DNA from: an uncultured Thermoplasmatales archaeon
GTDB taxonomy: Archaea; Thermoplasmatota; E2; UBA202; DSCA01
Length of the DNA: 64,000 nucleotides
Direction: 5' to 3'
Assembly (NCBI GenBank): GCA_964514975.1
Contig: CAZESS010000002.1
Location: 96,059-160,058 of the forward strand
Under the pieces are notes generated by a model. It did no database searches. It was not told where the DNA came from and saw only the letters and a program-made list of their open reading frames with translations. This document shows positions 30,076 to 39,763 of the stretch, in pieces. Both the position numbers and the translations under genes were made by a program. Each line of letters begins with the position of its first letter. Position 1 is the stretch's first letter.

Positions 30076-30864
30076 TTGGATATGCCATGGAGTGATAGGA
30101 TGACAGACTGGCCGCCGGGGAAAAAGATTTTGTTCGCGGTGCTGCTCGCCCTGTGCACGGCCGCGGTGCCGGTCATCATATGGTCCGGCGTCCCCCTGCT
30201 GTTGCTGCTCATCCTGGCCAGCGTAGCCGGCGGCCTTGTTGTCTGGTGGACCGCCGGAAAGCTCACCCCTTTTTTGATGACCATGTATCTCCGGCTGCAC
30301 GAGCGGATGGCCGGGGCAGCAGATGTTTCCCGGGAGATAGCACTGGTCGACAGCACCGACGGCAACGACGAACGCTGGAACGCGCTGTACCGTTCGCTCC
30401 GGCTGTCCCTGTTTCCCACGGGTATCGCGCTGTCCCTGATCGGCTACGTTTTGCGGGACATCGGCAGCCTGGGCAGCCGTGACGTGTTCCTCGTGCTCTA
30501 CCTCGCACCGGTCATCGTGGTGTTCATGGTGCCCCTGTGGATCGTCCGGGACAGCCCCCTGTTTTACCATTACCCCGGCACGCGGGAGGTCATCTCGATG
30601 GGACGGCAGCTCGGCATCCGGCTGAAATCGGTCGGCGGCGTCACCGCGCTGGGCCTGTTCCTGTTCACCCTGTACACGGTCACGGGAAGCCTCCAGGATG
30701 CGGCGGTCAAGTTTGTGGTGTTTTTTTCGCATATCTATCCCGCCCTGGTGCTGACCTCCTCTGTCTACCATGCCCGCTGGCACCAAGAGTTTGTAAAAAG
30801 GACAGCCCGGGCGGCAGTGGAGGAGGGAAAACGGGAGCATCGTGTCCGGCTGGAGGAACGGTGA
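30076..30864 (+). CDS. Multi-pass membrane hypothetical protein
   Basis: About six hydrophobic segments; host-like codon usage. Confidence 0.7.
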   Translation: MDMPWSDRMTDWPPGKKILFAVLLALCTAAVPVIIWSGVPLLLLLILASVAGGLVVWWTAGKLTPFLMTMYLRLHERMAGAADVSREIALVDSTDGNDERWNALYRSLRLSLFPTGIALSLIGYVLRDIGSLGSRDVFLVLYLAPVIVVFMVPLWIVRDSPLFYHYPGTREVISMGRQLGIRLKSVGGVTALGLFLFTLYTVTGSLQDAAVKFVVFFSHIYPALVLTSSVYHARWHQEFVKRTARAAVEEGKREHRVRLEER

Positions 30865-31068
30865 ACCCCGGCTGCGGTGCTACAACATATCAAAAAACAT
30901 GTCGTCAAACGCGGGCGACAGGACACCGGCAGCCGCTTTGTCCAAAAAGGCCGGGCAGTCCACCTCGACCATTGGATCTTCTATCTCCTCGCCATAGCTC
31001 ACCCCGGACGGCTCCGTACAGGCAACGCCGTCAAAATACAGGCAGAAGAAACAGGAGGGCATACAAAA

Positions 31069-32184
31069 TCAATCCTTGTCACGCCGATATGTGTTTTTTA
31101 CTTTCCGCACACCATCGACCATGTTCTCCATCTCTCCCGATTTCCAGTATTCCTCAAATTTTTTATAGTCTGGACTCCAATATTTCTTCTTCATATCGCT
31201 AAGCCGTACTCGACCATTTTTAGATTCGAAGTAAATATTGTTTGCCACACATCCAACACAATTTTGGAAATTCGAGAGCGAGTCCGTTCCACAACAATTA
31301 TGCGTGGTATTGAGTTCCGGATGGATAGGATCCCCATCAGAACATATACTAAAACTCATATCTTGCCGTTCAACAATATCTTTTGCACGTTTATAGAAAT
31401 TCAATTTATCCTTTCGGTTAAATCGATAATAATACCCTCTCTTGTACATTTTATCAAAGATATTTATTTGAAGTTTATTTTCAACCTCCTCGACCATACT
31501 TTTATTTCCCCTAAAGAATTCGATTAGCACATGCTCTGCACCATGCTTTCTCAACATACCTATCATTTCCTCTGTCTCGTATGTGGTAACATTTGGAATT
31601 ATCGGTGAAATACGACCAGCAACAAAGAACCCTCTTTCAGATAATTTTGTTATCGTCCGAAGTCTTCTCTCTGTTGGAGGTGCCCCCTTTTCGATTTTAC
31701 CTGTGGTATCTTTATCATTTGATACCACCGTAACCTGGATATAAGACAACTCTGGATCTAAAACATCAGTATATTCCTTTTGGGCAACTAAATCGCTTTT
31801 TGTTACAATCATATGGGGATATTGATGCTCAGACAAAATCTTCAGCACCTCTAATGTTACCTTTGCCGCTCTTTCCTTCGGCTGAAAACAATCTGTGAGT
31901 CCGCCTAGCCTTACAGGGACTCGACGGCGTAATGCGTCTCTAATTCTTCTATCTCCTATAGAATCTGGATTTTCAAAATATTTTCGTATCTGACCGGGGT
32001 CCGCAGGTCGGATAGTATCCCAATACCCCATTTTGGAAAGCAGATTTCTCGCATAACAATAAGTACAATTATGCGAACAACCGGAGTATGTATCTAAACG
32101 GAGAGGATAATGGCAGGTAACAATTTCGTGTCCTGTCTTTGGAATATTTAAGGGGCTTTGATAAATATTCGAGGTCATCGTCAA
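31069..32184 (-). CDS. Radical SAM protein, spore photoproduct lyase-like family
   Basis: LRLDTYSGCSHNCTYCYA (CxxxCxxC), RLGGLTDCFQP, IVTKS, IEKGAP, RISPIIP; AT-rich. Confidence 0.85.
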   Translation of the reverse strand: MTMTSNIYQSPLNIPKTGHEIVTCHYPLRLDTYSGCSHNCTYCYARNLLSKMGYWDTIRPADPGQIRKYFENPDSIGDRRIRDALRRRVPVRLGGLTDCFQPKERAAKVTLEVLKILSEHQYPHMIVTKSDLVAQKEYTDVLDPELSYIQVTVVSNDKDTTGKIEKGAPPTERRLRTITKLSERGFFVAGRISPIIPNVTTYETEEMIGMLRKHGAEHVLIEFFRGNKSMVEEVENKLQINIFDKMYKRGYYYRFNRKDKLNFYKRAKDIVERQDMSFSICSDGDPIHPELNTTHNCCGTDSLSNFQNCVGCVANNIYFESKNGRVRLSDMKKKYWSPDYKKFEEYWKSGEMENMVDGVRKVKNTYRRDKD

Positions 32185-33185
32185 GCGGACTCAACATTGT
32201 GACACTCTTTAGCTATGGATTTCTGCGGCTCTGGAAGTTCTTGTATCAGATTCTTTAAAACCCGCTTGCTGCCGTAATGAAATTTTTTATGACAAGTTGG
32301 GCATAAAACCAAGATATTTTCTATTCTTTCCTCCTGACATTCAGATAACGGAACGATATGATGTACCTCTGCATAATATCCGCCACTCTGAGTTTCAAAT
32401 CTATGACTTTCATCTACCTGGCATTTGTAATCATGGCGTTGCTTGATATATTCGTAGAGTCTGGGATTACGTTCAGTAGATTTGGTTTTATTTACTACTG
32501 TCCGTGGGGAACTTTCCTCCGCCAATTCTTTCGCTTTGTTCTCTAAATATCTTTTCCATTCCTGGTCAGATTTTTCCCCTCTTTCCCTTTCAACGTCTTT
32601 CTTAACTGACTTAATGATTTCATTTTCTATTTCGTCTTGGCTCTTCAAATCCTCCAAGTTTTCGGTCGTAATCGTTTCGATAAAATTTTCAATGGATCCA
32701 ATTCTTGCTCTGATTGAATCCTGCCTTCCTGAGGTAGGACAAAGGAATCCTTGTAAAGTGAAATTCTCTTTGTAACCAAGGTAATCATGGACAATGTCCT
32801 TTGGAACATCGATTTTTTGCCAATTATCAATGAAATAAATTAATTCCCAAACTTCGCCATCTTCATCTCTCCCCCATAGTTGTTCTGCCAAATTCTCATC
32901 AGTAACCTTGTGGTAAACCCTGCCTACTCTGATATATTGCTTTTGACGATAAAAAAGGCACCAATCCCCCTGCTCCATTTTCTCCCATGCCGAGAGATTT
33001 ACGTCTTTCTCCCCCCTTTTTGTACCCCATATCCGAATCGGTTCAGTCTTCTTTTCTAAAAGAGATTCGTCTGCATCATTCAGAAACGGCACAATATCTT
33101 CCCGATTATGGCCTCCGTCAAGGGTATCTTTTAGATGGTCAAAGGCAAGTTGGTTGCTGGTAGACACCAGAAAGAGCTTTGACAT
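32181..33185 (-). CDS. HNH endonuclease with putative PUA/EVE-like N-terminal domain
   Basis: C-terminal ERNPRL..YKCQV...YAEVHHIVPL...NILVLCPTCHKKFH; N-terminal WG....WEKMEQGDWCLFY....VGRV...LW...WELIYF. Confidence 0.8.
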   Translation of the reverse strand: MSKLFLVSTSNQLAFDHLKDTLDGGHNREDIVPFLNDADESLLEKKTEPIRIWGTKRGEKDVNLSAWEKMEQGDWCLFYRQKQYIRVGRVYHKVTDENLAEQLWGRDEDGEVWELIYFIDNWQKIDVPKDIVHDYLGYKENFTLQGFLCPTSGRQDSIRARIGSIENFIETITTENLEDLKSQDEIENEIIKSVKKDVERERGEKSDQEWKRYLENKAKELAEESSPRTVVNKTKSTERNPRLYEYIKQRHDYKCQVDESHRFETQSGGYYAEVHHIVPLSECQEERIENILVLCPTCHKKFHYGSKRVLKNLIQELPEPQKSIAKECHNVESA

Positions 33186-33315
33186 ATTGCATTACTTGAA
33201 AAAATAATTGATATAAGGCAAAATGCACGATAAAAACAACAAAATGTTGTATTTTTTGTGTCTAAAATTAAATAATACAATTCAGATAACTTTCTGTTGT
33301 TTGGATCGTGTCTAA

Positions 33316-33600
33316 ATGGTAGAAGATGAGATATGGAGCATTGTTGGATCCGTGATAGCAAGCAAATACAAAAGGAAAATTTTGTATTACCTGTCAAAAG
33401 GTGCGGCCACGCCGAAACAAATCTCAATCGGCACGGATATACGAATAAATCATGTAAGTAACTACCTAATCCGCCTGGGAGATAGCGAACTAGTGAAATG
33501 TCTTAACCCTGATGCAAAAATGGGCAGACTGTATGAGCTTACCAAAAAAGGGGAAGAAATATTTGGGATAATGAAAAAAATAGACAGAGATTTAGAATAA
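33316..33600 (+). CDS. ArsR-like winged-helix regulator
   Basis: SKYKRKIL, TPKQIS, NHVSNYL..L...LVKCLNP..KMGRLYELTKKG. Confidence 0.85.
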   Translation: MVEDEIWSIVGSVIASKYKRKILYYLSKGAATPKQISIGTDIRINHVSNYLIRLGDSELVKCLNPDAKMGRLYELTKKGEEIFGIMKKIDRDLE

Positions 33601-33605
33601 ATATA

Positions 33606-33959
33606 TCATTTCCTAAATTCAGATAGTCTCTCTTTTCGTTGGTAATCGTTGTCAAAAAGCAATTGTTTTGCCAATCTGAGGACTCCACCACTTTCGCCTA
33701 GCCGTTCCTTTGCGGAGTCAATATAGGCCTCAAATGCGGGCATTTCATTTGAAATAAATTTCTTTATGTTATCTTCACCAACAATTTTTACTCCACGAGC
33801 ATTTTCCTGTTTTTTGATTTCCTCTATCGTGGCATCATATTTTTCTGTCCAATTGTTTGGTGGCCGAGACCAAAATGAGAGAACTAGTCGGTTTGTCTTC
33901 CCTATTTTCAATGCACCATCTATGTATTCCTCATAGGTCTTAAATCCATTCTTAGCCAT
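33606..33959 (-). CDS. Hypothetical protein in the AT-rich island
   Basis: 117-aa ORF in AT-rich DNA; no motif recognised. Confidence 0.6.
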   Translation of the reverse strand: MAKNGFKTYEEYIDGALKIGKTNRLVLSFWSRPPNNWTEKYDATIEEIKKQENARGVKIVGEDNIKKFISNEMPAFEAYIDSAKERLGESGGVLRLAKQLLFDNDYQRKERLSEFRK

Positions 33960-34041
33960 TTCTATTCACGAGCATAATAACTGTTCATCATTTTAAAAAT
34001 TTGCGTAGATTGCCTCATATGAATTACTTATAGCTGACAGC

Positions 34042-34231
34042 AAAATGTAGCGCTACAATTTCTGCAATTTTACTTTTTTTCTGTAAATGTAGAACTAAAA
34101 ATATCGGAGTATGTTGCCCTGAAAAAGGGGCGCTGCTAGGGGAGAGTTGCTGTTTCTGGCTTTTTGCCGTTTCCACAATTTAACCCTACATTTTACCATT
34201 TATAGTAAAATATTTAAATTTGTAGCGTTAA
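34042..34231. repeat. Two CTACA-N30-TGTAG palindromic sites plus an abutting AAAATGTAGC half-site
   Basis: CTACA 34053 / TGTAG 34088; CTACATTTTACC 34186 / TGTAGCGTTAA 34221. Confidence 0.7.
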
Positions 34232-34238
34232 TAAGGGT

Positions 34239-35125
34239 ATGGCGTCCGTGCAGGAGAAGACCATCAACGGCAACACGTATTACTACCTGGGGCACAGCTA
34301 CCGTGAGGGCGGCACGGTCAAGAAAAAACCCGATATCTGGGCACCAAGGTGCCAGACGACATCGAGGAACAAAAACGAGAGGTGCTCCATGAGCTGTACA
34401 TGGAGCGATGGTATCCCTTGTTCGACAAGATACGGGAACGCTACAAGGAGGAACAGGCGTCGATGCCTCCCTCGCTCCAGGAAAAAAAGCGGGAGCAGTT
34501 CGCCATCGACTTCACCTACAACACCAACCGGATAGAGGGCTCCACGCTCACCCGCCGGGAAACCGCCGACCTGCTGGAAAAAGGCATCACGCCGTCCCGC
34601 CGCCCCGTCGAGGACGTCAAAGAAGCCATGGCGCACCGCGAGGTGTTCTACGACATGCTCGCATACGACGGCGACCTGTCCCTTCGGATGGCGCGGGACT
34701 GGCACCATCAGCTGTTCCAGCAGACCAAAAAAGACATCGCCGGGGACATACGGGAGTACCGCGTCGGCATATCGGGCAGCACGTATGAGCCGCCCGGCCC
34801 GGAAACATTCGATGGCCGTCTCTACGAGTTCTTCGCCTGGCACCGGGGACACAAAGAAACATTGCATCCCGTCCACCTGGCAGCACTCGTCCACCTCAGG
34901 TTCGTCACCATTCATCCCTTCGTCGACGGCAACGGCCGGATATCCCGGCTGCTTATGAACCACGTGCTCCACCGCCACGGCTGCCCCATGCTGGTCATCG
35001 ACTACCGGGAGCGGCGCAGCTACTATAACGCGCTGGAGCGAAGCCAGGTCAACGAAGAGGAGCACGTTTTCATGGAATGGTTCTTCCGGCGGTACCGCAA
35101 CGAACATGAGCGATACCTCGACTAG
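34239..35125 (+). CDS. Fic-domain protein; -1 frameshift at A6 34323-34328
   Basis: HPFVDGNGRISR active motif; TNRIEG autoinhibitory motif; restored N-terminus TYYYLGHSYREGGTVKKKTRYLG. Confidence 0.9.
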
Positions 35126-35130
35126 TTACT

Positions 35131-35178
35131 GCTACATTTTACCGGAAAACCCGGGAAAACGTGAAAATGTAGCGTTAA
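35131..35178. repeat. Third copy of the palindromic site, just after the Fic stop
   Basis: GCTACATTTTACC ... AAAATGTAGCGTTAA. Confidence 0.75.
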
Positions 35179-35337
35179 AGGTCTTCCAGCGGGATGAAAT
35201 CATCGCTGCTGAGGATGCGGTTCCAGCGCCTGTTGGCCTCGCCCTCATCAGGTGTCTTGGCTGGCATGAACATTGGGATAACATGCCAGTATAAAAAATC
35301 CCGCAAAGCACTTATAGCGCCCGGGAGATGAGCGGAT

Positions 35338-38300
35338 GTGCACCGACATGGCGCCTGTACCATGGCTGTCATCACGCTGTTCCTGGCGACAATGCTAACC
35401 GGCGGGGTGCCGCCGGTGGATGGGCAGCCCGACATGCTGCCATATCGGCAGACCATCATTCTGCCCGAGCTCAGCCCGGACATGGCGGGGCAGCCCATAG
35501 ACATCGCCGTAAAGTTCGAGCAGCCATGCTATGCGCTCAATGAAACAAGGCACGCGGTCAGGGTGCTCTATGACGACGGCTCCGGCGCGGTGGAGCTGCC
35601 CTGCCAGATCTATAGCCTGGAATGGAGCGACAGCTCGCATATAACTGGATGCCGGCTGGTGTTCCTGCTCCGGGGGCCCGGCGAATACATCCTTGCCTAC
35701 ACCGACGATGAGACAGCGGCGCCCGGCTACACCGACCACGTCACGGTGGACGAGGGCAGCTACTTCTATGAGCCCGTGCCCGGCTACAGCATAGACCTCG
35801 ATTACTACAGCATCAGCGACGACGGCGATGTTGTATATGGCGTCGGGCAGCAGGGCGACTTTTTCGGCATCGACATGTCCCAAAAAATCATCAAGCAGCT
35901 CCCCGGCCGACAAAGCTTCGAGGTCCAAAACTGGGGGCAGCTCGCCTCCTACGCCTTTTTCTGGTACGAAAACCGGGACAGGGGCACCGACGAACAGCTG
36001 CTCTCCAAAGAAATCATGGTCGACGGCCCCCTGATGGCCCGGGTGGGCATCCGGAGCACCAGCACCGACGGCAAGGCCGAAACCACGGCCACCTACTCCT
36101 ACTACCACAGTCCCGGAGGCGACAGCAGGTTGATGGCAGCGGTGGAGCACGAGGTCAAACAACAATGCGTGGTAGACGGGATCACCGACGAGGACGGCGT
36201 CTACGCCTACCTGCTGACGGTCAAAGCCCGCTCCTCCTCCATCGACAGGCTCAACCTGGGCGCCATCCCGCCCTATCTCCATGTCAACACCGAGGACGGC
36301 GTCGTCCACCAATACCAGCTCGATCAGGACCCCGAGAGCAGCGACTACACATGGCTGCTCGACACCCGGGATGACATCGACATCGGCAGCCCCGCCTGGG
36401 TGTCCATCGACAGCGGCACCACGGGCACCGCCTACGCATTGCTGTTCAACACCACCACGCCCGCACCATCGCTGCCGGGCATGCAGGTCCGGGCCGTCGG
36501 CCGGCAGGAGGTCAGCGTCCCCGGGCTCGAGGTCGACGGCGGCGGCATCTCGCTGGGCCGCAACGCCTACGAGCGCAAGGGCGAGCACGACCTCGTCATC
36601 CCGGCGGGGTTCACCGCCCGGTTCACCTCCGAGTTTTACACCACGCAAACCAATGGTGTCGGCGCCGTCAGGCGGGAGGTCGATGCATTTGAGCGGCTGA
36701 AGGACTGCCGGCTGTGCAGCGGCACCGACATCACGGGCGGCACCGGGGAGCGATACCGCCTCAGCGTGGCAGCGCATCTGGCGCCGTCGCTGCCGCTGGC
36801 GCCTGCGCTGTCGCTGCTCACCGGCCGGCGGCTGCCCGCGACATCGGTTGAGCTCTGGCGGAACGACAGCATGATATCCTCGGGTATCGCGAGCCGCATA
36901 CCGCTGGATGCCAGTGCGCCATTGGGGCTCGACCTGCGCAACGCAACGGCGTTCAAGACAGCCGTGTTTCCCCGTGTCCCCCCGGGCCGCTATGTCATCC
37001 GTGTCAGGGGCGGACTGGACGGCCAGCGGTACATCGGCACCCGGGTCATCACGGTTGACGGGAACATGTCAGCCCGGGTGTGGTGCCGGCTGGAGGGCAG
37101 TCTAGAGGTGGCATTGTATGACCAGCACGGCAATGGCATCCCCGATGTTACGGTGAGACTGCTCGACGATGATGATGCATCCATCGCCGGCAACACGACC
37201 GGTAGCGATGGCACGGTGATGCTGCATGCACCCATGCCCGCCTCCTACCTTGTGCAGGCATCCTACAAGGGCTTCGTTTTGCATGAGCGGGACATACAGC
37301 TGCCTCGGCTCTCGGGCATAGAGGTCACGGCGGAGCTCCACGACCTCGACGTCGTTGTGAGGGACAGGCTGGACATGCCGCCGGGGGTGCCCTTGCAGCC
37401 CGTGCTCACCAGCCCCGACATGGCATCACCGACGCTGCTCCAGGGAGAACACCGGGGAGACGGCAGCTATCGCTTCACCGGTCTGCCCGCCGGGGGATAC
37501 GTGCTCCGCATCCGCTACAAGTCCGTCCTCGTCGAGCAAAAGGTCACGGTGCCATCCGACAACGTTGCGGTAACGTTTCCCGCCGCATACCGCCTCCGGG
37601 TCAGCTGCTATGACGGCCGGGGCCTGCCACGGAGCTGCGGCATCGAGCTCATGCGCAACGGCCGCCGTGTCGATGCAGCGGAGCTCCCACCCGGCGAGTA
37701 CCATGTCACCGTGGTCGACGGCGGCGACAGGGTGGCAGAGCGGGACATAATGGTCACCGGCGACACCTCAATCGACATGGTCACCATGCAGCAGCCCCTG
37801 TATCCATTGCTGGTCACCATCGCCGTCATCGCCCTGGCGGGCCTGGCGCTGCTGCTGCAGCGGTCACGGCTGACATGGCGACGGGGCCTGCTCATCGCCG
37901 CTATCGCGCTGCTTCTCATCGCCCCGCTCCATGGCTGGTGGCAGCTCAACGGCGGCAATGGTGCCACCGAGGTGGAAACCAATGTCTACCTGCTTCCCGC
38001 GGAGATGATAACCACGGGCCACGCCCCAGGCTACGCGGGCGGCAGCATAGCAGAGCTCCCCGGGCTGTTTTACACCATGGGCATGACGGTTGCCGGCCTG
38101 CTTGTCGCCGCCGCCGGCCTGCTGCTGGTATACTGGTATCGCCGGCAAACGTGGCTTCCGCTGCTGGCCGTCTGCGCCAGCGTTGCAGCCGTCGTCCTGT
38201 TCACCCTGGGGATGTCGCTGGCGTCTGAGGTCATCGTCGGCGACCTGTGGGGCAGCGGCACCGTCGCCATCTCGCTGCCCGGGCTCGATGGCAGCTCGCG

Positions 38301-38433
38301 CCTGGACACACGCTGGATGCCCGCATCCGGATTCTGGCTCGCCGTTCTGGGCGTCATAGCGCTCATCGGGGCGCAGCACCGTCATGTCGTGGCGATGCTG
38401 CACCGGCTGTGGCGGCATATCCCAACATTTTAA
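35338..38433 (+). CDS. Large membrane-anchored extracellular protein with carboxypeptidase-regulatory-like beta-sandwich repeats
   Basis: Signal-like N-terminus; LYDQHGNGIPDVTVRL...TGSDG, YRFTGLPAGGY; several C-terminal TM helices. Confidence 0.75.
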   Translation: MHRHGACTMAVITLFLATMLTGGVPPVDGQPDMLPYRQTIILPELSPDMAGQPIDIAVKFEQPCYALNETRHAVRVLYDDGSGAVELPCQIYSLEWSDSSHITGCRLVFLLRGPGEYILAYTDDETAAPGYTDHVTVDEGSYFYEPVPGYSIDLDYYSISDDGDVVYGVGQQGDFFGIDMSQKIIKQLPGRQSFEVQNWGQLASYAFFWYENRDRGTDEQLLSKEIMVDGPLMARVGIRSTSTDGKAETTATYSYYHSPGGDSRLMAAVEHEVKQQCVVDGITDEDGVYAYLLTVKARSSSIDRLNLGAIPPYLHVNTEDGVVHQYQLDQDPESSDYTWLLDTRDDIDIGSPAWVSIDSGTTGTAYALLFNTTTPAPSLPGMQVRAVGRQEVSVPGLEVDGGGISLGRNAYERKGEHDLVIPAGFTARFTSEFYTTQTNGVGAVRREVDAFERLKDCRLCSGTDITGGTGERYRLSVAAHLAPSLPLAPALSLLTGRRLPATSVELWRNDSMISSGIASRIPLDASAPLGLDLRNATAFKTAVFPRVPPGRYVIRVRGGLDGQRYIGTRVITVDGNMSARVWCRLEGSLEVALYDQHGNGIPDVTVRLLDDDDASIAGNTTGSDGTVMLHAPMPASYLVQASYKGFVLHERDIQLPRLSGIEVTAELHDLDVVVRDRLDMPPGVPLQPVLTSPDMASPTLLQGEHRGDGSYRFTGLPAGGYVLRIRYKSVLVEQKVTVPSDNVAVTFPAAYRLRVSCYDGRGLPRSCGIELMRNGRRVDAAELPPGEYHVTVVDGGDRVAERDIMVTGDTSIDMVTMQQPLYPLLVTIAVIALAGLALLLQRSRLTWRRGLLIAAIALLLIAPLHGWWQLNGGNGATEVETNVYLLPAEMITTGHAPGYAGGSIAELPGLFYTMGMTVAGLLVAAAGLLLVYWYRRQTWLPLLAVCASVAAVVLFTLGMSLASEVIVGDLWGSGTVAISLPGLDGSSRLDTRWMPASGFWLAVLGVIALIGAQHRHVVAMLHRLWRHIPTF

Positions 38434-38434
38434 T

Positions 38435-39763
38435 ATGGCAGCCGATGTATCCGGCATGGATTTTGAGCAGGCTGCCGGGCATGCCGCTGACCTGGTGCAC
38501 TCGCTCGCCGAAGGGGCACGGGTCAGGGTTATCTCCCATAGCGATGCAGATGGCATCGCAGCCGCGGCTGTCATGGCTGTCACGCTCACCCGTCTCGGGC
38601 TCCGGCATCACGTGTCCATCCGGCATACCGGTGGTTCTGTCGCCGCCGGCATATCCGGGGAGCACGACCTCTCCGTTTTTTGTGACATCGGCAGCAGCAA
38701 TCTCGACGAGCTCAACAGTTTGCCCTGCCAGGCCATCCTGGTCGACCACCATGTCATCGACGGCGGCCTGGACAACGGCATCAACCTAAACGTCCGGAGC
38801 TACGGGATGGACGGCAGCCGGGAGGCATGCGGCGCCACCGCCACTATGGCGCTGTCGCTCGCCATCGACAGGGAAAACCTCGACCTGGTGGAGCTCGCCA
38901 TCGCGGGTGCCATCGGCGACCGGCAGCACGTCGGCGGCTACATTGGGCTCAACAAAACATTGCTTGACCGGGCCGTCGAGACGGACATCATCTGCATGGA
39001 GGAACAGCCCGTGTTTCCCGCCGATGTGCCGCTCATGGACGCCCTCGAGCAGTCCATCGACCCCTATTTCACGGGGTTTTCGGGCGGCGGTGCCATCCGG
39101 TTTCTCAAAGACCTCGGCCTCGACCCCATGCAGCCTTACACGGATCTGCCGGAAAAAATGCAAAAAAAGCTGCTGTCCGCCCTGGCGGTGAAACTCCTCG
39201 AGCAGCAGGCCGCCGAGATATCCCTGGTGCAGACGATACCGGTTGGTCGGCGCTGCGGCATCTTGGCCGATCTGACCTCCCGGATGAACGCCTGCGCCCG
39301 GAGCGGCAGCCCCGGCGTCGGCATCGCCATGTGCCTGGGCAGTGATACGGCGGCGGAGCGGGCGCGGGAGCTCCAGCAGGGCTACCGGGACAGCATCCGG
39401 GATCAGATACACAATCTGGAGAAAGAGGAGCCAGAGGTGCGCAGCCATCTCACCGCCTTCCATATAAGGGATGCATCGCTCAAGGGCGTCGCCGCCGGGC
39501 TGTCCATGGAATACCTGCCCCATTTTCCGTCCGATCGACCCGTCGTGGCGCTGTCCTCGCAGGACAGCCACATCGACATATCGGGGCGTGGGACGCGGCG
39601 GCTCGTCGACCGAGGCCTCGACCTCGCCACGGGCATGCACGAGGCGGCGGAGACGGTCGGCGGCTCGGGTGGGGGACATCCCGTCGCCGCCGGGGCCTCC
39701 ATCCCTCCCGACAGAGAGAATGATTTTGTTGAAAAACTCAACGAGGTGTTAGCACGACAATGA
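38435..39763 (+). CDS. RecJ-like DHH phosphoesterase
   Basis: ISHSDADG, DIGS, VDHH, AIGDRQ, GGSGGGHPVAAGA. Confidence 0.92.
   Translation: MAADVSGMDFEQAAGHAADLVHSLAEGARVRVISHSDADGIAAAAVMAVTLTRLGLRHHVSIRHTGGSVAAGISGEHDLSVFCDIGSSNLDELNSLPCQAILVDHHVIDGGLDNGINLNVRSYGMDGSREACGATATMALSLAIDRENLDLVELAIAGAIGDRQHVGGYIGLNKTLLDRAVETDIICMEEQPVFPADVPLMDALEQSIDPYFTGFSGGGAIRFLKDLGLDPMQPYTDLPEKMQKKLLSALAVKLLEQQAAEISLVQTIPVGRRCGILADLTSRMNACARSGSPGVGIAMCLGSDTAAERARELQQGYRDSIRDQIHNLEKEEPEVRSHLTAFHIRDASLKGVAAGLSMEYLPHFPSDRPVVALSSQDSHIDISGRGTRRLVDRGLDLATGMHEAAETVGGSGGGHPVAAGASIPPDRENDFVEKLNEVLARQ

Noticed and set aside
34042-35178. Classical integron or CRISPR array
   Set aside because: No IntI nearby, imperfect RYYYAAC/GTTRRRY boxes, no regular repeat-spacer period and no cas genes in the window
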